Positions 27,592 to 35,533 of a stretch of DNA of 64,000 bases are shown here, one piece after another; the stretch's first letter is position 1, and every line of letters begins with the position of its first letter. Source of the DNA: Clostridia bacterium (GTDB taxonomy: Bacteria; Bacillota; Clostridia; Christensenellales; UBA1242); contig JAZRSV010000020.1 of the NCBI GenBank assembly GCA_045651685.1, positions 4,449-68,448 of the forward strand, given 5' to 3'. A program made the position numbers and the translations under genes. The notes below the pieces were generated by a model. The model saw nothing but the letters and a program-made list of their open reading frames with translations. It searched no databases and was not told the origin of the DNA.

Positions 27592-28795
27592 ATTCTATTT
27601 CGTTGTTTTGTAGGTAGTTAACCAGCTTGCGTCTTAAACGCTCCTCCATAATATGTGTATATATAGAATATACAAGCAATGCAGCTATCATAACAAAAAA
27701 CACTGGTATAACCGAACCAAATATCATAACAATAATTGGTGCAAACATTTGACCAACAATAATACCATCTTGTCTAGCAAGCAACGCCCTATTGTTGGCA
27801 CCTATTAGCTTGCACTTGGTCATAAATGAGTTCATCATAAAGTAAGAACATAATGAGTATGTAAAACCAAATACAAACATCATAATATATACAACCAAAT
27901 AACTTTGTACAAATGGTATAACACCTAATGGTACTGCACATACCAAACCACAAATTGTATTAACTATGCGCAAATCAAATTTTTTGTTTAGATATGTGAC
28001 AAGCAATGCTCCTGCAAGATTTGCCGCTTGAAACATTGCTGTTAGATAACCTGCTTTTGCAAATGTTGGCACATCTATAAACAAGTGCAATGTATACATA
28101 TTTGTAAAAGGATCTATAACACAAAAGATTGTATAAAACAAAAAGTATTGTGTGACAAAATGTTTTACAATATTTTTGCGTTTTTGCTTTAGCAATGGGT
28201 CTTGATCATACGCCACTGCTGCATTAGAAATAAAGTCTTTGTTAAAGCCAGCTTTGCCTTTGTTGATAAGAAAGTATATAAACAAAGGCAACACACTTAT
28301 TAAATATAGCGCTGTACTAAAAATAATAAGTGCTGTAGCATTCCAGTCGATAAATAAGCCACCAGCTATACAAGCAACGATAGCGCTTATTGCCTCAACT
28401 ATACGAGTGTAGGTTAAATTTTTTGATGTCTTTTTTTGACTGGTATAATTTAGCAACACACCTGCGGCATTGTTCTTAAATGACATATTAATACCATAAC
28501 TGATAGTCACAAGTATCAAACCAATCACCATAAAGTCTTCTAAAAAGATTAGTGAAATATTGTATATAAGCAGCGGCATTAATCTTAATATTAATGTAAA
28601 CTGCGGATAATTGTTAAACAACTTTTTGAAAACATGGTTAGAGATAATTCTGCAAAGGTTTTGTCCAAACAAAAACAAAACTGCCAATCTCAAACTACCT
28701 GTAGCTTTATATACCATAAGTGGTATAAAAGTACCTACCAAAGAAGTCGCAAAGTTTCCTACAAATTTATGAAAATTTAATAATTTGAATTGCAT
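27590..28795 (-). CDS. MFS-type transporter (12 TM-like)
   Basis: Highly hydrophobic with two 6-TM halves. Start set to the ATG at 28795 (MQFKLLNF) after GAAGGT, because the track start is a TTG. Confidence 0.65.
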   Translation of the reverse strand: MQFKLLNFHKFVGNFATSLVGTFIPLMVYKATGSLRLAVLFLFGQNLCRIISNHVFKKLFNNYPQFTLILRLMPLLIYNISLIFLEDFMVIGLILVTISYGINMSFKNNAAGVLLNYTSQKKTSKNLTYTRIVEAISAIVACIAGGLFIDWNATALIIFSTALYLISVLPLFIYFLINKGKAGFNKDFISNAAVAYDQDPLLKQKRKNIVKHFVTQYFLFYTIFCVIDPFTNMYTLHLFIDVPTFAKAGYLTAMFQAANLAGALLVTYLNKKFDLRIVNTICGLVCAVPLGVIPFVQSYLVVYIMMFVFGFTYSLCSYFMMNSFMTKCKLIGANNRALLARQDGIIVGQMFAPIIVMIFGSVIPVFFVMIAALLVYSIYTHIMEERLRRKLVNYLQNNEIE

Positions 28796-28949
28796 TATTT
28801 TTTTACCTTCGCTCAATTATATCAAATATTTATTTTTAAGCAAACTAAACAACCACTTTTGTATAATTAATTGTTTTTTTAGCTGCTTTTGTGCACAATA
28901 AGCCTTGTTTGTGATATATTATTAGTAGATACTTTTTTAGGGGGATAAT

Positions 28950-29414
28950 ATGGAAGAGTACGAAAAATTATCTGACAATTGTAAAATTCGTTGGATAGAA
29001 AATTTTGAATTAACTACACAAAAACACACTCAAGTTAGCGCATATGTTTTTAACGAAAATAACGAACTACTAATTGTACGCAACGAAAATACTTGGACCG
29101 TACCTGGTGGGCACCCAGAAAATACCGAAAAACCTAGCGAAACTTTAGCTAGAGAGCTTATGGAAGAAGCTTGTGTGACTCTAAAAGAAGAACAATATAT
29201 CGGCGCTGTAGAAGTTGTAGAAAATGGCGAAACATACTATCAACTACGCTATGTCGCTAGAGTTAACGAGTTGTTGCCTTTTAGCCAAGAATGGGAAATT
29301 AGCGAAAGACTTTTTGTCAGTCTTGAAGATTTGCCAAACTACATCAAGTGGTCAAAAGGTATAACCTTTGCAGCACAAATACAATCTGCGCTAAAAGCAC
29401 TAAAAAATAAATAA
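28950..29414 (+). CDS. NUDIX hydrolase
   Basis: Nudix box GGHPENTEKPSETLARELMEEACV. Confidence 0.8.
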   Translation: MEEYEKLSDNCKIRWIENFELTTQKHTQVSAYVFNENNELLIVRNENTWTVPGGHPENTEKPSETLARELMEEACVTLKEEQYIGAVEVVENGETYYQLRYVARVNELLPFSQEWEISERLFVSLEDLPNYIKWSKGITFAAQIQSALKALKNK

Positions 29415-29453
29415 TACAAATAAAAAAGATACCAAATAATTGGTATCTTTTTT

Positions 29454-31016
29454 TTATTCTACAGATTCTGGTGTCAATATTTCTATTTGACCATTTGTTT
29501 CATAATATTTTTTTAGATTGTCTATGTTATATACTTCACCAGAGTCAAAACCTTCACCAAACTCATACCATCTTGCATCATAAAAAGTTAATGTAGTATT
29601 GTTTAAGTCGCTTGCAAATATATATGTTGAATATACAACCCTTTCTATCCTGTTATTAACAATTAATACTGAAGCGTCTTGGACTGCATCGATACTTAAA
29701 ATTCCACTTGCTTCGTGTGCGCAGTTGTTAGCAATTATTATTTTGCCAGAAACTGCTCGACCTGATGAATGACCCGAAATAGAAGCAACTACACCTGATT
29801 GATATGAAGTGCAATTTACAACTTTTAGATTATTAACACCTTTTGTAATTTCTACACCAGCACTGCCAATGCAGGCAAATTCACAATTTTTTACAACTAT
29901 ATTTTCTGCCTTTACCCCTATTCTTACGCCTGAAGCACTACCATGTGCTTCTGAAGTAAAATGACAGTTTTGGACTGTAAAGTTTTTGATAGAATGTTTA
30001 TAAGTGCCACCATTGTCAGCATTGCTAATATCGACAAAAGATCTATCTGCTTCTGGTGAAACAAAATTAATATTTTGTATTTTTATATTTTCATACTTAC
30101 TATTATTTTGGCTTAAGGCAGAAACAGATATAGATATATCGTAGTCCTCACCATCGCTTGTTATGACAATATTTTCCATTCCATGGTCAAAAACCATACC
30201 TTGTGTATTTTCTACATAAAGATCCTTCTTGATGTATATTACTTTATTACTAATATCATATCCCTCAAATTGAAGACCATCTGTCATAATAACATATTCA
30301 CTTTCGTCCATTGTTTGCCATTCGCCAATATGTTGGCAAGTAGGACACACTCTAGCCTTTTGCAATTTGTTATCTTCAGTACATGAGTAGTTGTATTCAT
30401 ATTCAAAGCCAGTAAGACTTGCACTTTCTGCTTCAGAATACATATCAATATCTATAGAACCTTCAAATGTTTGTGAACCATAAAAATCTTGTGTTGCAAG
30501 CATTCTTAATTCTAGATATATAGTGCCACCTTTGTGTACAACCAAATAATCATCTACTTTTGCAGTAAAGTTTGTACCATTAATAGAATAGTACCATATA
30601 GTCATAAAGTCATCTACAGTATTGTTGATATCATTTACTTTGATGATAAGATCTGAATTGTCCGAATATGTTGAGTTGTTTTTTACTTCAAAATAAAGCT
30701 TTGCTGACTGTTCATCATTGTTTACAGTTATTGGATCTTCAAATTCTAGTGTAATTTCTTCGTCTGCTCTTTCATCATCAAAACTAATAGCACTTAAAGA
30801 TTCTTGCACTTCGTCACTGCCTGCACTATAAGACGAACCTTTGATTGTAGCATTAACATATCTACCACCACTAATGTTAACATTAAAACCTGCATTGTAC
30901 TTATAGTGGTTTCTTGCGATAGCCCATACAGTTGCGCCAACACCTGCTACACATGTAGTGACTGCAACAACGCAAATAAGTACCTTAAAGATAGACCATG
31001 ATATTTTCTTTTTCAC
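29454..31016 (-). CDS. Membrane-anchored surface protein with C-terminal parallel beta-helix repeats
   Basis: N-terminal TM/signal (VLICVVAVTTCVAGVGATVWAI). C-terminal repeats (VQNCHFTSE..., VKNCEFACIG..., VVNCTSYQSG..., IANNCAHE...). Confidence 0.6.
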   Translation of the reverse strand: MKKKISWSIFKVLICVVAVTTCVAGVGATVWAIARNHYKYNAGFNVNISGGRYVNATIKGSSYSAGSDEVQESLSAISFDDERADEEITLEFEDPITVNNDEQSAKLYFEVKNNSTYSDNSDLIIKVNDINNTVDDFMTIWYYSINGTNFTAKVDDYLVVHKGGTIYLELRMLATQDFYGSQTFEGSIDIDMYSEAESASLTGFEYEYNYSCTEDNKLQKARVCPTCQHIGEWQTMDESEYVIMTDGLQFEGYDISNKVIYIKKDLYVENTQGMVFDHGMENIVITSDGEDYDISISVSALSQNNSKYENIKIQNINFVSPEADRSFVDISNADNGGTYKHSIKNFTVQNCHFTSEAHGSASGVRIGVKAENIVVKNCEFACIGSAGVEITKGVNNLKVVNCTSYQSGVVASISGHSSGRAVSGKIIIANNCAHEASGILSIDAVQDASVLIVNNRIERVVYSTYIFASDLNNTTLTFYDARWYEFGEGFDSGEVYNIDNLKKYYETNGQIEILTPESVE

Positions 31017-31189
31017 TTTTACCCTCCATCAATATAAATATTTACATAAAAATTATATCAAAATTTTATACTTTTGCACAACCGTTTGCAAGCAGTTTAT
31101 ACTCAAGGAATATTTTTATTAAACAAAAAAAACACACTTACCGTTTGCAAGTGTGTTTTTGTTAATTTATATCACTTATTATCAATATT

Positions 31190-31843
31190 TTATTTTCTTT
31201 TTAGCGCGCTATTTACTACGGCAGGTATTTCTCTTGCGTCTGTGACATGATATGTGTTGATGCCTAAAGCTTTTGCAGGGTCTAGATCGCTTGTTATACT
31301 ATCGCCAAACACATACGCATTGTTTGGTTTGCAATTTTCTCTTTGCAAGATGCTTTGATAATAATGCTTTTTTGAAGGGTCTTTAACTGTAAATTTGTTG
31401 CTAATAATTTTTGTAAACCATTTTGGATTAACATTAATACGCTTCATAAAGTAGTTAATGTGTGTAGGTGCAGAGTTGCTAACAACATAAACAGGATATT
31501 GCTTGCAAAGTTCTTGCAAAAAGTTTGGATCTACAGTCATGTCGTCATGTATAACAACTGGTTCTCTAGTCACATTTTGCCAGCGCCAAAAATCTCTTGC
31601 AGAAATGTCCCATGTAGGATATTTTTTTCTAAATATATAGATATGTTTGATTAGGTCTGCCCCAACAAATATCTCTTGCCATGATGGATTTTCTTTTACT
31701 ATAACATCGTATTGCTCTTGTGATAGTCTTGGCAAAAAACATTTTTTGTGTCTGTGTACAAACTCTGGTAAAAGTGAAAAGATGTCATCGCCAGAATAAA
31801 ATGTACCATCAAAATCAAATATTATAACTTGTTTGTCTCTCAT
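31190..31843 (-). CDS. HAD-superfamily phosphatase
   Basis: Motif I FDFDGT, motif II VVSNS, motif IV GDSITSD. GGAGA SD. Confidence 0.78.
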   Translation of the reverse strand: MRDKQVIIFDFDGTFYSGDDIFSLLPEFVHRHKKCFLPRLSQEQYDVIVKENPSWQEIFVGADLIKHIYIFRKKYPTWDISARDFWRWQNVTREPVVIHDDMTVDPNFLQELCKQYPVYVVSNSAPTHINYFMKRINVNPKWFTKIISNKFTVKDPSKKHYYQSILQRENCKPNNAYVFGDSITSDLDPAKALGINTYHVTDAREIPAVVNSALKRK

Positions 31844-31857
31844 ATTGTCTCCGATAT

Positions 31858-31888
31858 TTTGACAAATTATATCATAGTGGCAATTTTT
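31858..31888. repeat. Left copy of the inverted repeat bracketing the RT unit (TTTGACA + 9-nt insert + ATAGTGGCAATTTTT)
   Basis: Read directly. The 15-mer at 31874-31888 is the exact reverse complement of 33268-33282. Confidence 0.9.
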
Positions 31889-31894
31889 AGTCTA
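31866..31894 (-). promoter_or_regulatory. Predicted promoter of the HAD gene (overlaps the RT stop codon)
   Basis: The minus strand reads TAGACT (31894-31889), the 17-nt spacer AAAAATTGCCACTATGA, then TATAAT (31871-31866). Confidence 0.5.
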
Positions 31895-33115
31895 GTTGTT
31901 TTGCGCTTTATTAATTTTAACAAACTTATGATATTCGTTTACTAAACTTCTAAAGCCATATTGTTTAATTTGCTCGTAAGTAAGGTTATAATTCTTTTTG
32001 CTAAACTTGCCCGTCTGCAAATATCTTATATATTGCACTAAGTATTCATCAATAATTTTTAAGCTTTTGTGAGTGTTAATCACAGGGAAAAACCATTTGC
32101 TCCAAGTAAGATCTTTTGTGTTGGTTTCGCGATAAAATTTGTTATTAAAAATGCGCAAAAGAACTTTTGTTGCATGCTCTGCTGTTTTGTTGTTTTTTGT
32201 GCGCCAACGATACAAAGCTCTTGCCTTGCGTCTAATTTTGTCTTTGATTTTTTTTACTGTTATCATAGACAAGTCTATATTGCCACCGCCATACTCAAAG
32301 CCCAAAAAGCTCCATGTTTGACCAGGCAAAAACATGCTTTCTTTGTTAGGGTTTATTTGCAAATTTTTTGCTTGCAATTCGGTTAAAATGTGTTGCTTAT
32401 ATACCTCTAATTTTTCTTTCGAATCTGCAAATATAATGATATCGTCAGAATATCTTGCGTAGGTTATGTTGTTGTCAAAAAAATATTTATCTAGGTCCAT
32501 CAAATATACATTAGCAAGAAATGTTGATAGACATGTGCCGGCCATGGCGCCACGCTTTTCTGATATAATATTGCCATCAACATCTTTGCTTGCATCTACT
32601 GTTAATATGCTTTTTATAAAATTATACAATTTGTTATCATCAAAAAGCACATTTTGCAACATAGGCAAAAGCTGTTCTATATCAATCGTATTAAAATAAT
32701 TGCTTATATCTAATTTATAGGCGTACAAATTATCAATATTGCTTGTAGATAAGATGTTAAAAAATGCTTTTTTTACTGTGCAGTTTTTTCTAAACGAATA
32801 GCAATTTTGCGCAAAGCATTGGTCATACTTGTCCATAAGGTACAAAACAAACTTAAGCACAACGCTTTCGTTATATTCATAAGTATATACAACTCTTTTT
32901 TTGTTGCTGCCGGTTTTGTTAATAAAACTTTTTGTTGGCAACGAAAAAGTATAGGTACCTTGTTTGATACCATCTGCTATATCATAATATTTTTTGCCGA
33001 TGACAAAGTCGACAAGGGCTTGCTCTTCGCACTTTGATAGATGTGATTTTTCTATTTTGTATTGCAAAAATTCTGCCCATTTGCTCTCATCTAATAAATA
33101 ATCTAAAATACTCAT
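31892..33115 (-). CDS. Stand-alone reverse transcriptase (RT domain plus thumb only), non-retron, group-II-intron-like/UG-type; class unresolved
   Basis: RT motifs: KKRVVYTY (1/2), LDISNYFNTID (3/A), RGAMAGTCLSTFLANVYL (4/B), YARYSDDIIIFA (5/C, YxDD), LQINPNKE (6/D), WSFLGFEY (7/E). There is no endonuclease or maturase D/En region and no retron VTG motif. Start placed at the ATG at 33115 (MSILDYLLDE). The track's TTG at 33154 is an alternative. Confidence 0.85.
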   Translation of the reverse strand: MSILDYLLDESKWAEFLQYKIEKSHLSKCEEQALVDFVIGKKYYDIADGIKQGTYTFSLPTKSFINKTGSNKKRVVYTYEYNESVVLKFVLYLMDKYDQCFAQNCYSFRKNCTVKKAFFNILSTSNIDNLYAYKLDISNYFNTIDIEQLLPMLQNVLFDDNKLYNFIKSILTVDASKDVDGNIISEKRGAMAGTCLSTFLANVYLMDLDKYFFDNNITYARYSDDIIIFADSKEKLEVYKQHILTELQAKNLQINPNKESMFLPGQTWSFLGFEYGGGNIDLSMITVKKIKDKIRRKARALYRWRTKNNKTAEHATKVLLRIFNNKFYRETNTKDLTWSKWFFPVINTHKSLKIIDEYLVQYIRYLQTGKFSKKNYNLTYEQIKQYGFRSLVNEYHKFVKINKAQNN

Positions 33116-33253
33116 ATTGCATAAAAAAAGAAAGGAAATTTGCTTTGAAAGCAATGTATTGCTACAAGACTGAACATGTTTTGGTTATCTGCAAAACCGT
33201 TATATAAAACATGCTTCGCCCCACCACAGATGCCTAATATGCGTTCCTTTCTA
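33116..33253 (-). ncRNA. Structured ~138-nt 5' leader / candidate RT-associated non-coding RNA
   Basis: The predicted TSS is ~7 nt after the -10 box. AGAAAGGAA (33252-33244) pairs with UUCCUUUCU (33137-33129), closing the leader. An internal hairpin CAUGUUUU...GGUU...AACC AAAACAUG maps to 33213-33175. A further AGCAA/UUGCU hairpin is present. The AUG is preceded by a polypyrimidine tract with no SD. Confidence 0.45.
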
Positions 33254-33259
33254 TTTATT

Positions 33260-33288
33260 ATTATATCAAAAATTGCCACTATTGTCAA
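33260..33288 (-). promoter_or_regulatory. Consensus sigma-A promoter of the RT unit
   Basis: The minus strand reads TTGACA (33288-33283), the 17-nt spacer ATAGTGGCAATTTTTGA, then TATAAT (33265-33260). Confidence 0.65.
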
Positions 33289-33289
33289 A
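33268..33289. repeat. Right copy of the inverted repeat bracketing the RT unit
   Basis: The plus strand AAAAATTGCCACTATTGTCAAA is the reverse complement of TTTGACAATAGTGGCAATTTTT. Confidence 0.9.
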
Positions 33290-33432
33290 CAACCTACATT
33301 TAGCCAGCAAAAACACACGCCAAGGTGTACAAAACCACCTGCAAAAAACTTGATAATAAGCGTTTTTTGTTATGTCTTGCTTTGACATATTATTTTTGTT
33401 TTGATATGGTAAAAACACGGAGGGTAAAAAAT

Positions 33433-33840
33433 ATGTTTAAGGTAAATATTCATCCATTACAAGAAGATAAATATGCAGAACTAACCCGCGTTGTTTGTGT
33501 TGCTAGGTATAATGGCAAGTGGGTTTTTTGCAAACACAAAGAGCGCGACACTTGGGAGATACCAGGTGGACACATCGAACCAGGCGAAGACTGGACACAA
33601 GCAGCAACAAGAGAATTGTTTGAAGAAACTGGCGCTACTCAAGTAGAACTAGAACAAGTTAGTATGTATTCTATATCTACTTATGGTTTGTTGTGTTATG
33701 CCGAGATAAAAGAGTTTGAGCCATTGCCAGAGTCAGAGATAGAACTTGTAGCCTTGTTTGATGACTTGCCACAAGAGCTAACTTATCCTGATGCTCACAC
33801 ATTATTTTTTAATACAGTAAAAGATTATAAAAAACTTTAA
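33433..33840 (+). CDS. NUDIX hydrolase
   Basis: Nudix box GGHIEPGEDWTQAATRELFEETG. Start moved to the ATG at 33433 after a GGAGGG SD. The promoter is TTGACA-N17-TATGGT at 33383-33411. Confidence 0.85.
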   Translation: MFKVNIHPLQEDKYAELTRVVCVARYNGKWVFCKHKERDTWEIPGGHIEPGEDWTQAATRELFEETGATQVELEQVSMYSISTYGLLCYAEIKEFEPLPESEIELVALFDDLPQELTYPDAHTLFFNTVKDYKKL

Positions 33841-33946
33841 TCTAATAAAAAGCACTTGCAGTTTTTTGCAAGTGTTTTTTTTGCGTATTGTTGACAATCA
33901 AAATTTGTGATACTAAAATAAAAGTATAATAATTTAGGAGAAAGTT

Positions 33947-34432
33947 ATGTTAACAACTCAATTTTTGCAAGCTACTTTGCAAGATGTAGAAAATATCATG
34001 TCACTATATAGATATGTTATAAAAACAACCTTTACTACCTGGGACGACAACTACCCTGACAAAGAACTTATAGTGCGAGATATCAACAACAAAAACTTGT
34101 TTGTACTAAAACACAATAACAACATTATTGCCGTTAGCTTTGTCGGATATAAAGAAGAAGAAAACGAAAACTGGACTTATCCACTACTTTCGCCAATTGG
34201 AGTTGCGAGAATTTGTGTTAGTCCCGACTATCAAGGTCAAGGCATTGGCACACACTTTATGAAACAGCTTATTAACATTGCAAAAGAGCGTGGCGCAGAT
34301 GGCATGCACTTTCATGTGTGTACACAAAATCCTGCCGCGATGAAAATGTACGAAAAAGTTGGCTTTGTCAATTGTGGGCTTGGCAAGTCAAATTATGGCT
34401 TTGATTATTACAAATACGAGCAAGTATTTTAA
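33947..34432 (+). CDS. GNAT N-acetyltransferase
   Basis: Acetyl-CoA motif A: QGQGIGTHFMKQLINIAKERG. Confidence 0.8.
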   Translation: MLTTQFLQATLQDVENIMSLYRYVIKTTFTTWDDNYPDKELIVRDINNKNLFVLKHNNNIIAVSFVGYKEEENENWTYPLLSPIGVARICVSPDYQGQGIGTHFMKQLINIAKERGADGMHFHVCTQNPAAMKMYEKVGFVNCGLGKSNYGFDYYKYEQVF

Positions 34433-34482
34433 TACAAATAGCTGTTATTGTATTTTTTGTAAAGAGATGATATAATAAAAGT

Positions 34483-34941
34483 ATGGATAGAATAAAATTT
34501 ATAGATTATTGCAAAGAATATTGCACACAACTAAATACCTGGCACAAGATAGAACAACAACAAGGCTATAACGGGCTAAATCAATTTGTAGTACTTGATG
34601 GCACTTTGCTTGGCGATTATATGCAATACATTAGCGAAAATATCGTTGACATCAACTGCCAACTAGCAATGTTAGAAGATAAGTTAGTAGGCTTTATTTG
34701 CTACACTCAAGAAAATGACGCTGCACATATCGAGATAATGGGCACCAACCCAGAAATGCGTGGCCAAGGCATCGCAAAAAACATACTAACAACTTTTAAG
34801 CAAGATATGTCACAGCAAGGTGTTGACAAAATAACACTCGAAGTAAGAAAAAACAACGAGTCTGGCATAAAAAGTTTTTCTAAAGTGGCAGAAAAAAGTG
34901 CATCTCAACCTAACCAAAATTATATTAGCTTTGAGATGTAG
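34483..34941 (+). CDS. GNAT N-acetyltransferase
   Basis: RGQGIAKNILTTFKQDMSQQG motif A. Leaderless-type start. Confidence 0.78.
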   Translation: MDRIKFIDYCKEYCTQLNTWHKIEQQQGYNGLNQFVVLDGTLLGDYMQYISENIVDINCQLAMLEDKLVGFICYTQENDAAHIEIMGTNPEMRGQGIAKNILTTFKQDMSQQGVDKITLEVRKNNESGIKSFSKVAEKSASQPNQNYISFEM

Positions 34942-34967
34942 TAAACTTACAAAAGGACACAACTATT

Positions 34968-35438
34968 ATGGAGATACGCCTAATAAAAGAAGACGAAATA
35001 CAAGATGTTTATAATCTTATCAAAAAAACTGTACAAATAAGTTTTAAGACATATTATCCACAATCTTCTATCGACTATGTTATCGAATCACTTAGTCCCG
35101 AAACATTAAAAAGAAGATCTGGCTGGACACACTTTTATATAATAAAAGACTGCGACCAAATTGTAGCTTGTGGTGCAATAGGACCTTACTGGGACAGCCA
35201 GACCGAAAGTGGTTTGTTTAATATATTTGTTGACCCAGACCATCAAGGCAAAGGTTATGGTCGCAAACTAATGCAAACACTAGAAGCTGACGAATATGCT
35301 TTGAGAGCAGATCGTATAGAAATACCTGCAAGTCTAGTTGCAATACCATTTTATAGAAAAATGGGATACAAACATAAAAATGACGAGCTAATCTTCGAAG
35401 ATGGACATATAAAACTAGAAAAGTACACAAAAAAGTAA
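34968..35438 (+). CDS. GNAT N-acetyltransferase
   Basis: HQGKGYGRKLMQTLE motif A. Confidence 0.8.
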   Translation: MEIRLIKEDEIQDVYNLIKKTVQISFKTYYPQSSIDYVIESLSPETLKRRSGWTHFYIIKDCDQIVACGAIGPYWDSQTESGLFNIFVDPDHQGKGYGRKLMQTLEADEYALRADRIEIPASLVAIPFYRKMGYKHKNDELIFEDGHIKLEKYTKK

Positions 35439-35533
35439 TATAAAGCTGCCAAAACACATTTTGCATAGCAAGATGTGTTTTTTTGTTAATAATTTTTATT
35501 TATTAAAGCAGCAAAGTATGTTATACTCAAGGT

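Noticed and set aside
31892-33115. Retron or group II intron as the explanation for the RT
   Set aside because: The RT lacks the retron VTG motif and has an FLGF-type motif 7. It has no X/D/En extension, and I saw no domain V-like GAGC...GUUC helix or exon-binding context. Both options remain formally testable, but the sequence as read does not support them.
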